DNA of 64,000 nucleotides. Source: a virus. Where the stretch lies: positions 86 to 64,085 of the IMG/VR virus record IMGVR_UViG_2518285546_000003, one strand, 5' to 3'. Shown piece after piece: positions 19,936 to 30,603 of this stretch; position 1 is the stretch's first letter, and each line of letters opens with the position of its first letter. The notes beneath the pieces were generated by a model. The model was given only the letters and a program-made list of their open reading frames with translations, did not search any database and was not told the DNA's origin. The translations under genes were made by a program, and so were the position numbers.

Positions 19936-20616
19936 TTAAAGCTTGATCATCACGTTCAAAAACATGGTCGGCTGCATGTTGTTGTGTGGCTGGTCGCCGC
20001 CTACCGGCTCCGAATATACCCAGGTATTCCCAGAGTCCGTTTCGCCACTACCTGACTGGTTGGTATAATTTGTGTTTTTACCCCATGGAGGCGTCCACGT
20101 GCCTTCACCCCACGGAATCGTATGTTTATGTTCGGGACCTTCCTCGATGGTTAGCTGATGAGTCTCTTCACCAAGGATCTCTCCGAGAGCCCTTGCCGTA
20201 AGGCCTGATCCTGCCCCGGCAACGGCTAAAGCACGGCCGGCAATGGTGCCGACCTGGATGGGTTTATGGGCTGCCCAATCCTCTGCTGCGGAGCTTCCGC
20301 GCCCCCCTGTAACGGGAGCTACGGTATCAGGGAAACCGTTCCACAAAAGGGTATACAGTTCTTCACAATCGGCATTTGCTCGATTCGACGCTCCAGACTC
20401 AGCATCCCCAATGGTGCCGTCATCAGCCAGAATCCATCCGGCATCCGCCACGCTCTTGAGAGTGACTTTCACATCGCCAGTAGACCATATGGCATCAGCC
20501 AAGGCCTTCAGGCTAGCCAATAACTGGTTGTGAGGCTCGTTGATGCTATCCTCATTCAGCTCAGTTTCATTATTAACAAACTGGAAAATTTCTTCATATA
20601 CCAACGGGATTCTCAA
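19936..20616 (-). CDS. Short tail fibre / tail-collar protein
   Basis: GDVK...LGEETHQLT...HKH...GGDQPHNNMQPT collar motifs. Confidence 0.8.
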   Translation of the reverse strand: MRIPLVYEEIFQFVNNETELNEDSINEPHNQLLASLKALADAIWSTGDVKVTLKSVADAGWILADDGTIGDAESGASNRANADCEELYTLLWNGFPDTVAPVTGGRGSSAAEDWAAHKPIQVGTIAGRALAVAGAGSGLTARALGEILGEETHQLTIEEGPEHKHTIPWGEGTWTPPWGKNTNYTNQSGSGETDSGNTWVYSEPVGGDQPHNNMQPTMFLNVMIKL

Positions 20617-20627
20617 TGTTCATCCCC

Positions 20628-21146
20628 CTATTGAAACGAAATCGTCCATTCGACCTGGATCTTGTAGGCCGTAGACTTGGTTATGGGAGAAATGACGAGG
20701 CGGCTGAACATTTTTTCGGTAGCGTCTGACAACAATCCGATTTCTTGATATTGGTAGCTTCCGCCTTCGTTGGCCTCCATTGTTGCTGTAAACCTGACCT
20801 GGTTAAACGCCGGGTAATCCGCCGTGGCATCAGCGACGAACTGTTGATCGATCAATCCGGTTTGCGTCCCGCCTGCCGCCGTATTGTCGGTGCCAAAAGC
20901 TATTTTTGTAAGATGCTCAAGGTTTTTGTAGGAAACATCGCCACCCAAAATCTTTGCCATCAGGGTTCTACCGCCGTTGACAATAAGATTTTTCTTTTCC
21001 TCAAGGAGAACTCGTTGACCTGTAGAGGCGTCAACCATCCAGACTTTGACATCGCCTCTCATGCCGACTTTTTCTAAAAAGGACCGTACCCTTGCGAGAA
21101 CCGCAACCACACCTATCAATAAAAGAAGTGCCTCAAAAGACCCCAT
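20628..21146 (-). CDS. Baseplate/tail-fibre attachment protein
   Basis: KNLIVNGG, IAFGT, EIGL, PITKS motifs; alternative start 21062. Confidence 0.7.
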   Translation of the reverse strand: MGSFEALLLLIGVVAVLARVRSFLEKVGMRGDVKVWMVDASTGQRVLLEEKKNLIVNGGRTLMAKILGGDVSYKNLEHLTKIAFGTDNTAAGGTQTGLIDQQFVADATADYPAFNQVRFTATMEANEGGSYQYQEIGLLSDATEKMFSRLVISPITKSTAYKIQVEWTISFQ

Positions 21147-21148
21147 TC

Positions 21149-22300
21149 TTAGCCCCCAAAAAGATACCGTTCGGTTATTGATTCGTCAGAAGCATCGATG
21201 ACCTTGACAAACGCCTGCTCCATAATGGCGTCGTTTGTGCCGCAATACAGGTTTGGCGCTCCGCATATCCAGGCAGCACCACAATAAACAGGACCGGGCT
21301 GAAATGATTCTTCCTGCATCACGGAAGAGGTTATGGCCAAAACCTCGGAGACCGAAAGGGTCTCAATACGCTCAATGTATTTTCGCAAAACCGTCTGCAT
21401 GAAATCGGTTCCGGAGGCTTTGTATCGGCGCACGACATCCTTTATCTGGTCGATCAAAATCTGAGCTTCGTCGGATGTCAGATCATTGGAAATTTCCATT
21501 TCCAAAAGGAAATGTCCGGGAGCACTTGGTCTCACCTCCGGTTCTAGTTCATCTCGGTTCGGCCAAGCATCGCGGATTTTTGCATCCACTCCGAAAACAT
21601 CCTGAATGATGATTTCAAGAGCTTTGTTGTTCTGATTCGGGCGAATGAGTTCATAAATGACTCGCACCGCATAATCGGCGTCGGATTCATCCTTATATTT
21701 CGTTATCCCGAACCATTCTTTTCCCCAATGGGTGAGCCAATAGCCTGAAGCCTTGTCCAGATAAAGTTGCTTCTCTGCATCTTTCACCCGTTCGGCCTGC
21801 TCATCGAGCATCCATCCGGCCGTTCTCATTTCGGCCCATAGTAAATTGGACGGATAATAGAGGATGGCCTCGTTTGAGATATCAAGGTTGGCTTCCTCAT
21901 AAAGCCCCCGGGCCAGCAAATCGTTATGATGCGTAGCCCCGATGATGGTAAACTCGATCTCCTCGTCCTCTACCGTCCCGCCATCCAGGGTTTCTTCGAA
22001 AATTGAATTTTCAACACCACCATCATAAACAGGGCATTCTTGCGTCAAATCACCGGCGACAATACCGGCCGAGTATCCAGTATGCTGATTGATTTCTTCG
22101 ACAAGATCGTCGAGAGTCATTTCCGACAGATCGATATCCAAACACGCTTCGGCATCGTTCGTTTTGGTGGTAAGGGAGAGCTTGGATATGGTCAATAAAC
22201 AGCTTCCACCACTGTACGAAACGAAAATGACACCGACTTTGCCGGGATCTTTATTGAAAACTCTGTGCAAACGCCCAAGCAGGCGCTTAAATACACCCAT
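21149..22300 (-). CDS. Baseplate wedge protein (gpI-like)
   Basis: KASGYWLTHWG..FGITK...ESDADY; follows baseplate J. Confidence 0.7.
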   Translation of the reverse strand: MGVFKRLLGRLHRVFNKDPGKVGVIFVSYSGGSCLLTISKLSLTTKTNDAEACLDIDLSEMTLDDLVEEINQHTGYSAGIVAGDLTQECPVYDGGVENSIFEETLDGGTVEDEEIEFTIIGATHHNDLLARGLYEEANLDISNEAILYYPSNLLWAEMRTAGWMLDEQAERVKDAEKQLYLDKASGYWLTHWGKEWFGITKYKDESDADYAVRVIYELIRPNQNNKALEIIIQDVFGVDAKIRDAWPNRDELEPEVRPSAPGHFLLEMEISNDLTSDEAQILIDQIKDVVRRYKASGTDFMQTVLRKYIERIETLSVSEVLAITSSVMQEESFQPGPVYCGAAWICGAPNLYCGTNDAIMEQAFVKVIDASDESITERYLFGG

Positions 22301-22303
22301 GCT

Positions 22304-23701
22304 TTAGGCTCCCGTTGTTGAAACAGTGCCCGGCAAAAAAACAACAGCGCCGGTACCAGTAAAACTCCACTTGTCACCTACTGTGTGACCGGTTGTCGCT
22401 CCGAAAGATACAGTAATGCCAAAGGCTAAGGTTTGATCTTCTCCTGTAATAGCTACGCCGGAATCAACCCAGGTTTCTCCTCCATCTTTGGACCACCGGA
22501 AGGTATCGGTTGTTCCTGAAGCGTCCATCTCCACCACAAACTGAGATTGACCGTCGCCAGAGTATTCCCCGGAATGGACTAGATCATCCAAACCGGTTCC
22601 GTCAAAAGTCGCATCGGAAAGATTTTGTGCAGCAATGTTGGATGCCGGCAACGGCATTCCCAGATCATAAACGCCGTCAACGGCCATGATCCTTTCGATC
22701 AGTTCATGCCGTATAATGTCCTCGCCGATTCCAAGTCCTGAAAGGTATTCATCGATGACCGACTCCACAGACGCAATGACAGTGTCTTCGTCATAACCTG
22801 CCAGCAGGTATAAAACGGCTGTAACGTCCTGGCTCTTTTCCGTTGCTTTGCGAACAGTGCATGTAACGCCAGCCGCTTTCCAACCGACCACCCGGTTTCC
22901 GTCTGAATCGACATATCCGTCAATGATTTTCTGTGCTTCATCTACCAGATCGTCAGAAGTCGACCCCACACCGTTATAAATGAAACAATCGCAGAAGCCG
23001 GCTGTTAATGCAGGCGCATCCACAACATGAACATGGGTAGCCTTTTCGATAATGTTCCCGTTGCTGTCGGTGATATAGGCAGTTTTGGCACCATACTCAA
23101 TGGCCTCATCGACTCCCTTGGCAAGAGTCGAAATATACTCGCGAAACCTGATTTGACGTTCCGCTTCGGTTTCTTTTTCGGCGCCATTTGAAAATGCAGA
23201 TGGATTTGTGACGCTGTCGATCCCGGAAATGGTGTTTTTCAGAACGGTGACGGTGTCAATACCGGTATTTCCTACGGTGCCGGATTCGGTGCATGACACT
23301 GGAACAGATACGCTGGTTTCACCAGCCGGAAGAATTGCAGATTCGAGAGTTTCGTAAATCTTTTCCTCGGACGTTCCAGAAGAGACGGTGGCAACTTGTG
23401 TGCCTTGAGGAATGGTAATATCGATATCAGAGGCTTGTGCCGCAGAGAACGTAACACTTCCTGATGCCCTGACAGCGGCCACCAAGGAATAATCGAAAGC
23501 CTGGTAGATGGAAACAGCTATAGCTCGTTTAATCGCACGGTAAAATTCGAGGTCTTGCGACTCCATTTCAACGGCAATGGCCTCGAACTTGGACCGAACA
23601 ATGCTCCCCACAACGAAATCAGTAATCCGGCGCTGAATTCCGCCGAACCATGTAACCATCTTCGCCAGGCGAGTCTCTGCTTTGATAATTGAAAACGACA
23701 T
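22304..23701 (-). CDS. Baseplate J-like protein
   Basis: ASGSVTF, IPQGT, VTNPSAFSNGAEKET; AAGGGAG RBS before ATG 23701. Confidence 0.9.
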   Translation of the reverse strand: MSFSIIKAETRLAKMVTWFGGIQRRITDFVVGSIVRSKFEAIAVEMESQDLEFYRAIKRAIAVSIYQAFDYSLVAAVRASGSVTFSAAQASDIDITIPQGTQVATVSSGTSEEKIYETLESAILPAGETSVSVPVSCTESGTVGNTGIDTVTVLKNTISGIDSVTNPSAFSNGAEKETEAERQIRFREYISTLAKGVDEAIEYGAKTAYITDSNGNIIEKATHVHVVDAPALTAGFCDCFIYNGVGSTSDDLVDEAQKIIDGYVDSDGNRVVGWKAAGVTCTVRKATEKSQDVTAVLYLLAGYDEDTVIASVESVIDEYLSGLGIGEDIIRHELIERIMAVDGVYDLGMPLPASNIAAQNLSDATFDGTGLDDLVHSGEYSGDGQSQFVVEMDASGTTDTFRWSKDGGETWVDSGVAITGEDQTLAFGITVSFGATTGHTVGDKWSFTGTGAVVFLPGTVSTTGA

Positions 23702-23721
23702 AAAGCTCCCTTTGTCGGGGA

Positions 23722-23756
23722 AGATTATCCGCAAGTGCTTCCCATGGCAAGCACTT
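23722..23756 (-). promoter_or_regulatory. Late promoter with overlapping operator
   Basis: TTGCCA-17-TAATCT; AAGTGCTT-CCCATGGC-AAGCACTT. Confidence 0.7.
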
Positions 23757-23761
23757 CAGGC

Positions 23762-25693
23762 CTACGAAACCAGCAAAATGTTCATACGGCGAGGAGAGTT
23801 CTGGTTAATGGGTAAAACGTCGGCTTCGACATAAATGGCGGTCCCTTCAACGCTGAAATCTATGTTATGCACCTTCTCTATACGAGGGTCCTGCAGGAGG
23901 GTTATTTTCCCTTCCAGCTTTGCTCGTTCGTAAATATGATCAGTACCAAGTTGACCGATCAACAAAGGCAAAATGCACCCATATCCAGGGTGCCCAAGAA
24001 TCGCCAACTCTCCGCGTAAGGTCATCAATCTGTGCCGCAACTGCATTTCCAAATTATCGAATCCGGAAACAGAGGCTACCCCGCCTGTCCGGTCGTCATT
24101 GGGCAACCCATCACTGTCAAGGAATTCATCCGTCCCGTATAGTTGCGCTGCGAAAACATCATCGGACCCTATAATGGCGGCCCCGGAACCACGTTTACCT
24201 GGTATCTTGACTTTGTCTCCGGACCGGAGAACAGTCAAAAGACGTTCGTGCCTGGAAACCTCATCACCTTCCGCAAATGCGTTTTGTAACGGTGACTCGA
24301 GAGAGACCAAAACGCCCTCAAATTGATCCACGTCTTCAACGCATGCGTATTCATGGACTTCGCTATTCACCAACAGCAGAATCTCACCCTTCTGTGGCAC
24401 GGTACCGATGAGATAGATTTGTCGGCGGCCAGCTTCAACCGAAAATTGCAAATATCCAGATCCGAGCGTTTCGGTTACGGACTCGAACGGATCTTCTCCA
24501 ACGATGAACGGATATTCCAGATCGTTAAGCAAGGCTATCCGATGCCACTGCCTTGCATCACCCATAGTTCTCAATGCCACCGTTTCGAGTGTGTCATTGC
24601 TCAAAATCGGTTCTTCGGCCGTCGATACATCTTCGGTAGACTCCAGTGAGGAATCAAAAAGATTGGTCTCGGGAGTATCCATGACGATAACTCCCTCAGT
24701 TGCTGCAATCTGACTGTCTGGAAACGAACCGGTCATGATTTCAACAGATTCGGAAGAAGACGTTTCTCCTGAAGCGGTCGCCGAAGTCGATGTTTGAAAC
24801 AGGTTGGAATGCAGCTTTAAAGAAAGAAGTTTCCGCTTTTGACGCCGCATAAGATCGGTGAATTCGTGAGGCAAGTTTTCCAGGCTGACAACCTTGTCGG
24901 TGATGGAATCGACCGTATCGATCCCATCACCGACCAACCCGAAGGGAGCCTCGATAAAATCGGAGACGCCCTGTCGAAATGCGGACACTGCCGTTCGTAT
25001 TGTTGAAAGGGTACTTCTAAGATCGTCGACCGTGTTGATAACATCGGAAATGGAATTATAGATAGAGGTATATCCTGCGAGCAGGCGCTTCCACAGGCTT
25101 ACTTCCTCAACATCCGGCTCCTCAACCTCATCCAAAGCGTCAGGTAAGGAGTCCTTGGCGATCAGGCGGCCATCCCCGTCCCCGTCAATGTTGTCCAGCC
25201 TGCGCAAGGCCGTCATTTCCAACGTGTACTGATACAGGAATCGCCGCTTGATGGATCGGACAACTTCGAAACGTTTTATCTGAACGGCGAAAAAATCTTC
25301 ATCGGTGAAATTGTAAAATCGCAGATCGGGATATGGCGGCTCCGATGCTGTCCCGTTTATTCCGAACCTTTTATAAAAAGAGAAGAAAATATCCGCTTCA
25401 AACTCTTTGAACAGATCCCAGCCGCTTTTTTCCTCTTGCTGAAGGTGCCGCCCCCCACCGCCCGGAAGGGTTCCCAAATACCCAAATGTTCCCTGGATAA
25501 AGATCTTCGGGAGACCAGGACCAGCATTATCCTCCCATCCGCCATCTTTCGTGTGGGTCACATTTGCCTTTGTCGGATGCACAATCTTATAGGTCTCCGG
25601 ATTGATCGGGAGAATAAAACTGGCATCTGGCGCACCCCCATTGGAGGGCCACACCTCGAACATGAATGGAAGGTTTTGGTCTCTAATCATCAT
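23762..25693 (-). CDS. Multidomain baseplate protein (tube-initiator-like + LysM-like + gp25/GPW)
   Basis: INPE N-domain; DTLETVALRTMGDARQWHRIALLN; HPGYG...LLQDPRI. Confidence 0.75.
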   Translation of the reverse strand: MMIRDQNLPFMFEVWPSNGGAPDASFILPINPETYKIVHPTKANVTHTKDGGWEDNAGPGLPKIFIQGTFGYLGTLPGGGGRHLQQEEKSGWDLFKEFEADIFFSFYKRFGINGTASEPPYPDLRFYNFTDEDFFAVQIKRFEVVRSIKRRFLYQYTLEMTALRRLDNIDGDGDGRLIAKDSLPDALDEVEEPDVEEVSLWKRLLAGYTSIYNSISDVINTVDDLRSTLSTIRTAVSAFRQGVSDFIEAPFGLVGDGIDTVDSITDKVVSLENLPHEFTDLMRRQKRKLLSLKLHSNLFQTSTSATASGETSSSESVEIMTGSFPDSQIAATEGVIVMDTPETNLFDSSLESTEDVSTAEEPILSNDTLETVALRTMGDARQWHRIALLNDLEYPFIVGEDPFESVTETLGSGYLQFSVEAGRRQIYLIGTVPQKGEILLLVNSEVHEYACVEDVDQFEGVLVSLESPLQNAFAEGDEVSRHERLLTVLRSGDKVKIPGKRGSGAAIIGSDDVFAAQLYGTDEFLDSDGLPNDDRTGGVASVSGFDNLEMQLRHRLMTLRGELAILGHPGYGCILPLLIGQLGTDHIYERAKLEGKITLLQDPRIEKVHNIDFSVEGTAIYVEADVLPINQNSPRRMNILLVS

Positions 25694-25699
25694 GGCGGA

Positions 25700-25732
25700 A
25701 AAATAGCCTTAATTGCTTCCCATATCAAGCAG
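25700..25732 (-). promoter_or_regulatory. Late promoter with overlapping operator
   Basis: TTGATA-17-TATTTT; TTGCTT-CCCATATC-AAGCAG. Confidence 0.6.
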
Positions 25733-25773
25733 CTTGTGCAGCAAAATCCGTTGGTGTGTATTTAAAAGATAAA

Positions 25774-26613
25774 CTATTGCTCCTGATTCGGTGCCCCTGT
25801 CGTCCCTCCAGAATCCCCAGTATGATCATGACCGTTATAAATACTTCGGTCGCCAGCCATGGAACGGACCTTATCTTTCACATCCCCACTGGTCGATTCG
25901 ATATCGCCAGGGGTTTGGATCTTCCCGCCACTGTCCCCGTAAGTCCCCGAACAGGAGATGCCCCCGTCTACCGCCAGGTTCCCGGTAAGATGTGTGGTCG
26001 GGGTATCAAGCTTAACAAGGGTTTCTGCATTCACTGTCGCTATTGGAGTTGTTACGGTTGTCGGGCCATCGACGGAAATATCAGCCTGTCCGTGGACATG
26101 CACGGTGACATTGCCTCCAACGGTAATCATACCGTCTCCAACAACTTCAAGGGTATCGTTCTTGGCGACATGGATTGTTCGATTGCCATCCTTGTCGACC
26201 TCCTCCCAAGTCCCGCTACGCTTCCTGAACGACCTTTTATCTTGGGATACGTTGGCCTGAATAGTGTTGTTGGGCCCGGCAAGATAACCAAGCACCACAG
26301 GATCTCGGAGGTTCCGGTTGAAAAATCCGACAACCACAAAATCGTTTTTTCCAGGGGTCCACTCTTCCCCGTTATCTAGCCCCATTTTGCCGTACATCAG
26401 CGGAACGTTATAAAGGATTCCGCCCTCTGTCTTTCGACCGGTTCGATCAAGAATATAGACATCGACTACGGTCAGTTTTCTATCAGACGTGTCCTTGTAC
26501 CGAACTCCACGTATTACGCCGCGAAGCAAAAGACCAAAAGACCATTCGGATTCCTGAACAGCCTTCGGTTGACTCATGCCAGCCTGGCTATACGCCCCGC
26601 TAGTTTTTTCCAT
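25774..26613 (-). CDS. Baseplate central spike (gpV/gp5-like)
   Basis: OB-fold N-term, beta-helix repeats, C-terminal HDH metal motif. Confidence 0.85.
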   Translation of the reverse strand: MEKTSGAYSQAGMSQPKAVQESEWSFGLLLRGVIRGVRYKDTSDRKLTVVDVYILDRTGRKTEGGILYNVPLMYGKMGLDNGEEWTPGKNDFVVVGFFNRNLRDPVVLGYLAGPNNTIQANVSQDKRSFRKRSGTWEEVDKDGNRTIHVAKNDTLEVVGDGMITVGGNVTVHVHGQADISVDGPTTVTTPIATVNAETLVKLDTPTTHLTGNLAVDGGISCSGTYGDSGGKIQTPGDIESTSGDVKDKVRSMAGDRSIYNGHDHTGDSGGTTGAPNQEQ

Positions 26614-27832
26614 GATCTTGCCCCCTGGTCAGGCCTAGACTCGTGAAATACGACTGACCATACTCGTAATGATGACCAACCTTTTCGGCCAAATATTCCA
26701 TGTTGTCATCCCTCACGATCCCGTTACCAGTCTTTATGCTGGGGTTTCCCTTGATGGAAACAATTCCGTTTTCGAGAAGATGATTGTTTTTGAATCGATT
26801 CCAAAAAGCCAAGGCACGTGACGTGACAGCCTGAACAGCATCGGGGTTTGCATTCGTGTGAGGCTCATATCCTGGAGGGGCAAAATTGCTTACCGGGTAG
26901 TGTGGCAAAAAGCCGTGCTTTTTGATCGACTCCGGATCGTACTGTATCCCTGTTGTGTATTGAAGCGGAGACCCGATACTTCCTCCATCAATCATCACCA
27001 TTTCAGCCTTGAAAAACAGGTAATTTATTCTTTCCTCATCGCTGCATCCTAGATCTTCAAAAGAAATGTATTCGTCAGAGATCTTGTGAAATGTCTCACA
27101 GGTGAGCTTTCCGGTAGTTTGATGGAAAGGATATGGCTCAAGGATTAAATGGAGTTTCCCGTCATACGTTTCCGTGTGCAAAATATTGTAAGGCTCATTC
27201 GCAACAGACTTCATGGCTGACCATACGGAACCCGTAGCTTCAAGGATCGGGTAATTGAAGGTCTGCCAATTGTCCTGGTCGCCTGGCGCTGAAAAAACAA
27301 AATACGGTGTTGCCCAGCTGACTTGGTTTAAAAACAGTTTTTCGAAGACGCTTTTTACCAGGTTCGCAGGCGTCCCGCTGAACTGAACACCTTGCTGGAT
27401 ACGAATAACGTCTTCAGAACCTATCGCGCCGGTCAACGGTGATACGTCGGCCGTGCAGTTATGCTTGATCAGTAGTTTTCCGAAATCCAATCCGACGATT
27501 TTTACTCTTCTGACCGGCTTTCCTTCGTGCTCAGACCGCATCCATCTCGAAGGCCTGTTAACGAGGCCTATCATCACAGATTGCAGCCCATCGCCCTTTC
27601 CTCCGTCCAACATGATATGGATGACATCGTTCGGTTTGATCAGCTCGTCATATCGTTTCCCTTGATATCGTTGATTAAATGTGGTTAAAATCTGAAATCC
27701 CCCAGCCGCAGGCCCATAGGTTTTGCTGGTATGAATCGAAACGACGTCCGCACTGATGTCTTCCCCACGGTAATCGTTGTCGGCACGATATACCATTACC
27801 TTGTGGTCTGCCTTGAATCTGGAGTACGCCAT
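26600..27832 (-). CDS. Baseplate hub protein
   Basis: Position after tape measure; GNPSIKTG, YLAEKVGH..LTRG. Confidence 0.7.
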   Translation of the reverse strand: MAYSRFKADHKVMVYRADNDYRGEDISADVVSIHTSKTYGPAAGGFQILTTFNQRYQGKRYDELIKPNDVIHIMLDGGKGDGLQSVMIGLVNRPSRWMRSEHEGKPVRRVKIVGLDFGKLLIKHNCTADVSPLTGAIGSEDVIRIQQGVQFSGTPANLVKSVFEKLFLNQVSWATPYFVFSAPGDQDNWQTFNYPILEATGSVWSAMKSVANEPYNILHTETYDGKLHLILEPYPFHQTTGKLTCETFHKISDEYISFEDLGCSDEERINYLFFKAEMVMIDGGSIGSPLQYTTGIQYDPESIKKHGFLPHYPVSNFAPPGYEPHTNANPDAVQAVTSRALAFWNRFKNNHLLENGIVSIKGNPSIKTGNGIVRDDNMEYLAEKVGHHYEYGQSYFTSLGLTRGQDHGKN

Positions 27833-28184
27833 GAGAATTGTTCTCGCTTTTTTACTGGTATTGTTAGCGCTACCCTCGTGCGATGGGCGTAAGAATCAAC
27901 CGTTCAGCATCAATTTCACCAATGATGAAAATGTCTCTGTAACACCTTTAAACAAAACCCCGAATAGCTACAGGGTTGAGTTTAGCGATGGCTTAACGCT
28001 CGCGGCCTTTGTCGATAACGACGCGGTTTATATGACAGACGCTGAAGGGTTCATCACCATTAAATTTTCTCGAAAAGAGAACGGAATCTTCCGAGAAAGT
28101 TCAACAGGCGAACAGGGGTTTTTGCCAAACGGTAGCCATATGTATGTTTTGGTCGAAGAATTGTTAAACCGCCATGGAAGTTAA
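27831..28184 (+). CDS. Lipoprotein moron (possible superinfection exclusion)
   Basis: MRIVLAFLLVLLALPSC lipoprotein signal; antisense to tail operon; GGAG RBS. Confidence 0.7.
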   Translation: MRIVLAFLLVLLALPSCDGRKNQPFSINFTNDENVSVTPLNKTPNSYRVEFSDGLTLAAFVDNDAVYMTDAEGFITIKFSRKENGIFRESSTGEQGFLPNGSHMYVLVEELLNRHGS

Positions 28185-30226
28185 TAGCCACTTCCATCGA
28201 CAGCAGGGATCTGGTGTGCTGGTTGATTGATGACTTTCACCCGTGAAACCCCCTGTTTCTGTTCGCGGAGTTCATCCCTTATTTCTTGCAGTCGTTCGAC
28301 TAGTTCAGACTGCTTTTCAAGAAACTCTGCCCTCCCCTGGCCTTCTTTCATGTATTCTTCCGCAAGCTCGAACTCATTCATATCACCTCTTTTCTTTTTT
28401 TGGTGATATGGGTCCAAGACTTTTGAAACATCTGACTCTACGTCCCTGTTAACAGGGGCCCCAGGCATATTGATGCCCATTACTTCTCGCCTGCGAATTT
28501 GTTCAGGTGTAAGTTCCGGACCTTTCAGGAACGCCCTTGTCCTCCCAGCTGCATCTCCCATCGCATCCGATAAATCAAGGACCGACCCCTTAAGGGTTGT
28601 CATTGCATCGACCGCCATTTCTCCAGGGCCAAGCTCTTTATCCTTGATCCTTGCTTCCGCTTCTCTTTTTTTATTCCCGGGAAGGGACATGGCCAGTTGG
28701 GCCCGGCCAGAAAGATCCCCTCCGCTCAAAAACCGCTGGTAATTTTTCTCATCAAAAAGATTCTTTTCGAGCATGTCGTTGGCCATTTGCACCTGTTCGT
28801 CCCTCAATCCGAACAGTTTCCGCACAGTCAAACGCCCAACAGTCGAAAGGCCTCCCTGTTCATTTCCGCCGAATTCCTGCCTTGCGAGTTCCAAACTGGC
28901 ACGTAAATAGTCCTTATTCCTTATGCCCTCGTCTTTCATGCGAAGGAACCGCTCATAATCTTCCGGAGTCCGAATGGATCGACCTAGCGCTCTTTCTGCC
29001 GCACGATAGAAAAAAAGCTGCTCTCCTGGGCTATTGCCGCCACGACGCAGGCCCTGGTCCATGGCCGACATGAAACTGACGCCCGATTCTCCCTTGCCGG
29101 CCATCCCATCCCTGGACCAGAGAGAAGCTTGCAACCCGGTTAGCCAATCAATCTGCCTTCCAGCTAATTCGCGGCCACCGGTCTCTTGAGCCAGTCTCGA
29201 AAGAAACCTGGAATTCAGACTAAGAAACTCTTCAACACGGCCGCCAACACCACTATTGACGGCGGCCCCCTGCAATCGCTTTAAATGTTTTTCGACAGCA
29301 CCAGCCGTTGAGAATCCAACGGCCTGAACCGCTGCGGCCAGAGATCCAGTTGTTACGTCTTGGCTGATACCAAAACCACGCGAAAATTGTTTCACCGAGG
29401 TTCCGGCCTGCGTCAGGTTGTTACCATCAAGCCCAACATTCCGGTTGAGAACATCGAGAAGTTGTAAGTGCTCCATGGGGAGGTATCCGTAAGAACCGGC
29501 ATTGGCTCTCACGTTTGTTCCTCCGCGCATCACCAGGTCGGCTGCAGCGGGACGAAACGCCTCTCCTTGATCGTAAGCATCCTTGGCAAGTTTCATAAGA
29601 CTGATGCCGCCGAGTAAAGCCAACCCTCCAGCAACCACGCGCTTGCCGATCATATGCCCCAAGCCAGGAGCTTCCAGGGTCCCGAATCCTCCTATGGTCT
29701 CCCCTGCTTCTCCGGCCATCCGGCCATATCTTCCAGCCCGTACCTGAAACTTGTTGATCCTCGAGAGATAGTCTTGCTGATGCTCGATCATCCCGTCGAG
29801 TTCTTTAATTCGCTCGGTTCGCGCCATGAACTCGGACGGGCTTTCATATTTTCCAGATTCGCCAATTTTGGTGAGTCGTTTCTTCTCAGAAACGAGTCGT
29901 GACAACTCTTCACGGGACTTGCCGATATCCCCTGAAATGGCCTTGAAGTTTTCTTTGATCTGCTTTGATACCTTTTCGGCCTGGACGAATTGCTCTGGTT
30001 TGAGGAGCCCGCCTTGCCGGTCACCAGCGCCAGCAATGCTTCGGAGCCTCCGCATATCATCACCAAGCTTATGGATCAGGTCTTGAAATTTTTCCAGATC
30101 CTTATCGCCAAGGTTAAGATCCTCACCAAGCCCTTCGGTTTTCCTGAGTTCATCATTCAGAAAACCGACATCGCGCTTGGCTTGCTGCACCTTGTGAGCG
30201 TCGACATTTATGCCAATACCAATCAT
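28181..30226 (-). CDS. Tape measure protein
   Basis: 681 aa helical Ala/Gly-rich protein after tail chaperones. Confidence 0.8.
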   Translation of the reverse strand: MIGIGINVDAHKVQQAKRDVGFLNDELRKTEGLGEDLNLGDKDLEKFQDLIHKLGDDMRRLRSIAGAGDRQGGLLKPEQFVQAEKVSKQIKENFKAISGDIGKSREELSRLVSEKKRLTKIGESGKYESPSEFMARTERIKELDGMIEHQQDYLSRINKFQVRAGRYGRMAGEAGETIGGFGTLEAPGLGHMIGKRVVAGGLALLGGISLMKLAKDAYDQGEAFRPAAADLVMRGGTNVRANAGSYGYLPMEHLQLLDVLNRNVGLDGNNLTQAGTSVKQFSRGFGISQDVTTGSLAAAVQAVGFSTAGAVEKHLKRLQGAAVNSGVGGRVEEFLSLNSRFLSRLAQETGGRELAGRQIDWLTGLQASLWSRDGMAGKGESGVSFMSAMDQGLRRGGNSPGEQLFFYRAAERALGRSIRTPEDYERFLRMKDEGIRNKDYLRASLELARQEFGGNEQGGLSTVGRLTVRKLFGLRDEQVQMANDMLEKNLFDEKNYQRFLSGGDLSGRAQLAMSLPGNKKREAEARIKDKELGPGEMAVDAMTTLKGSVLDLSDAMGDAAGRTRAFLKGPELTPEQIRRREVMGINMPGAPVNRDVESDVSKVLDPYHQKKKRGDMNEFELAEEYMKEGQGRAEFLEKQSELVERLQEIRDELREQKQGVSRVKVINQPAHQIPAVDGSGY

Positions 30227-30603
30227 GGTAAATCCCCTGGCCTCACAGGTTCGAACTTTTCTTCGGAAATATCTTTCGGACCCGGCCTTAACAGTGCGTC
30301 AAGGTCTTCTATCTGTTCACCGGATTCTACTCTGGACATGACATCGTCCATCTGTTTATCGCCGGTCAGTTTAATCCCGCAATATGGGCAAGTCCGGCGA
30401 TGCGTCTCAGCCTCGCATTTCGGGCATATTTTCAGTGGCTCGCCATGAAACGCCCAATAAGCCTCGTACTCTTCGTGTATAGCTTCATCCGTCATCGCCA
30501 GATAGCGAGGATCGGTAGGGGCGAGACAATAGTGTTGGCGGAACCAATACCGCAGGCTACGCGCCGTCTCAGCTGCTTTGTGGGCTACCAGTTTTGCGTC
30601 GAA
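30223..30603 (-). CDS. Tail assembly chaperone GT extension (frameshift product)
   Basis: +1 frame overlapping TAC end; YWFRQHY.LAPTDPRYL, CPKC..CPYC. Confidence 0.7.
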   Translation of the reverse strand, partial: FDAKLVAHKAAETARSLRYWFRQHYCLAPTDPRYLAMTDEAIHEEYEAYWAFHGEPLKICPKCEAETHRRTCPYCGIKLTGDKQMDDVMSRVESGEQIEDLDALLRPGPKDISEEKFEPVRPGDLP

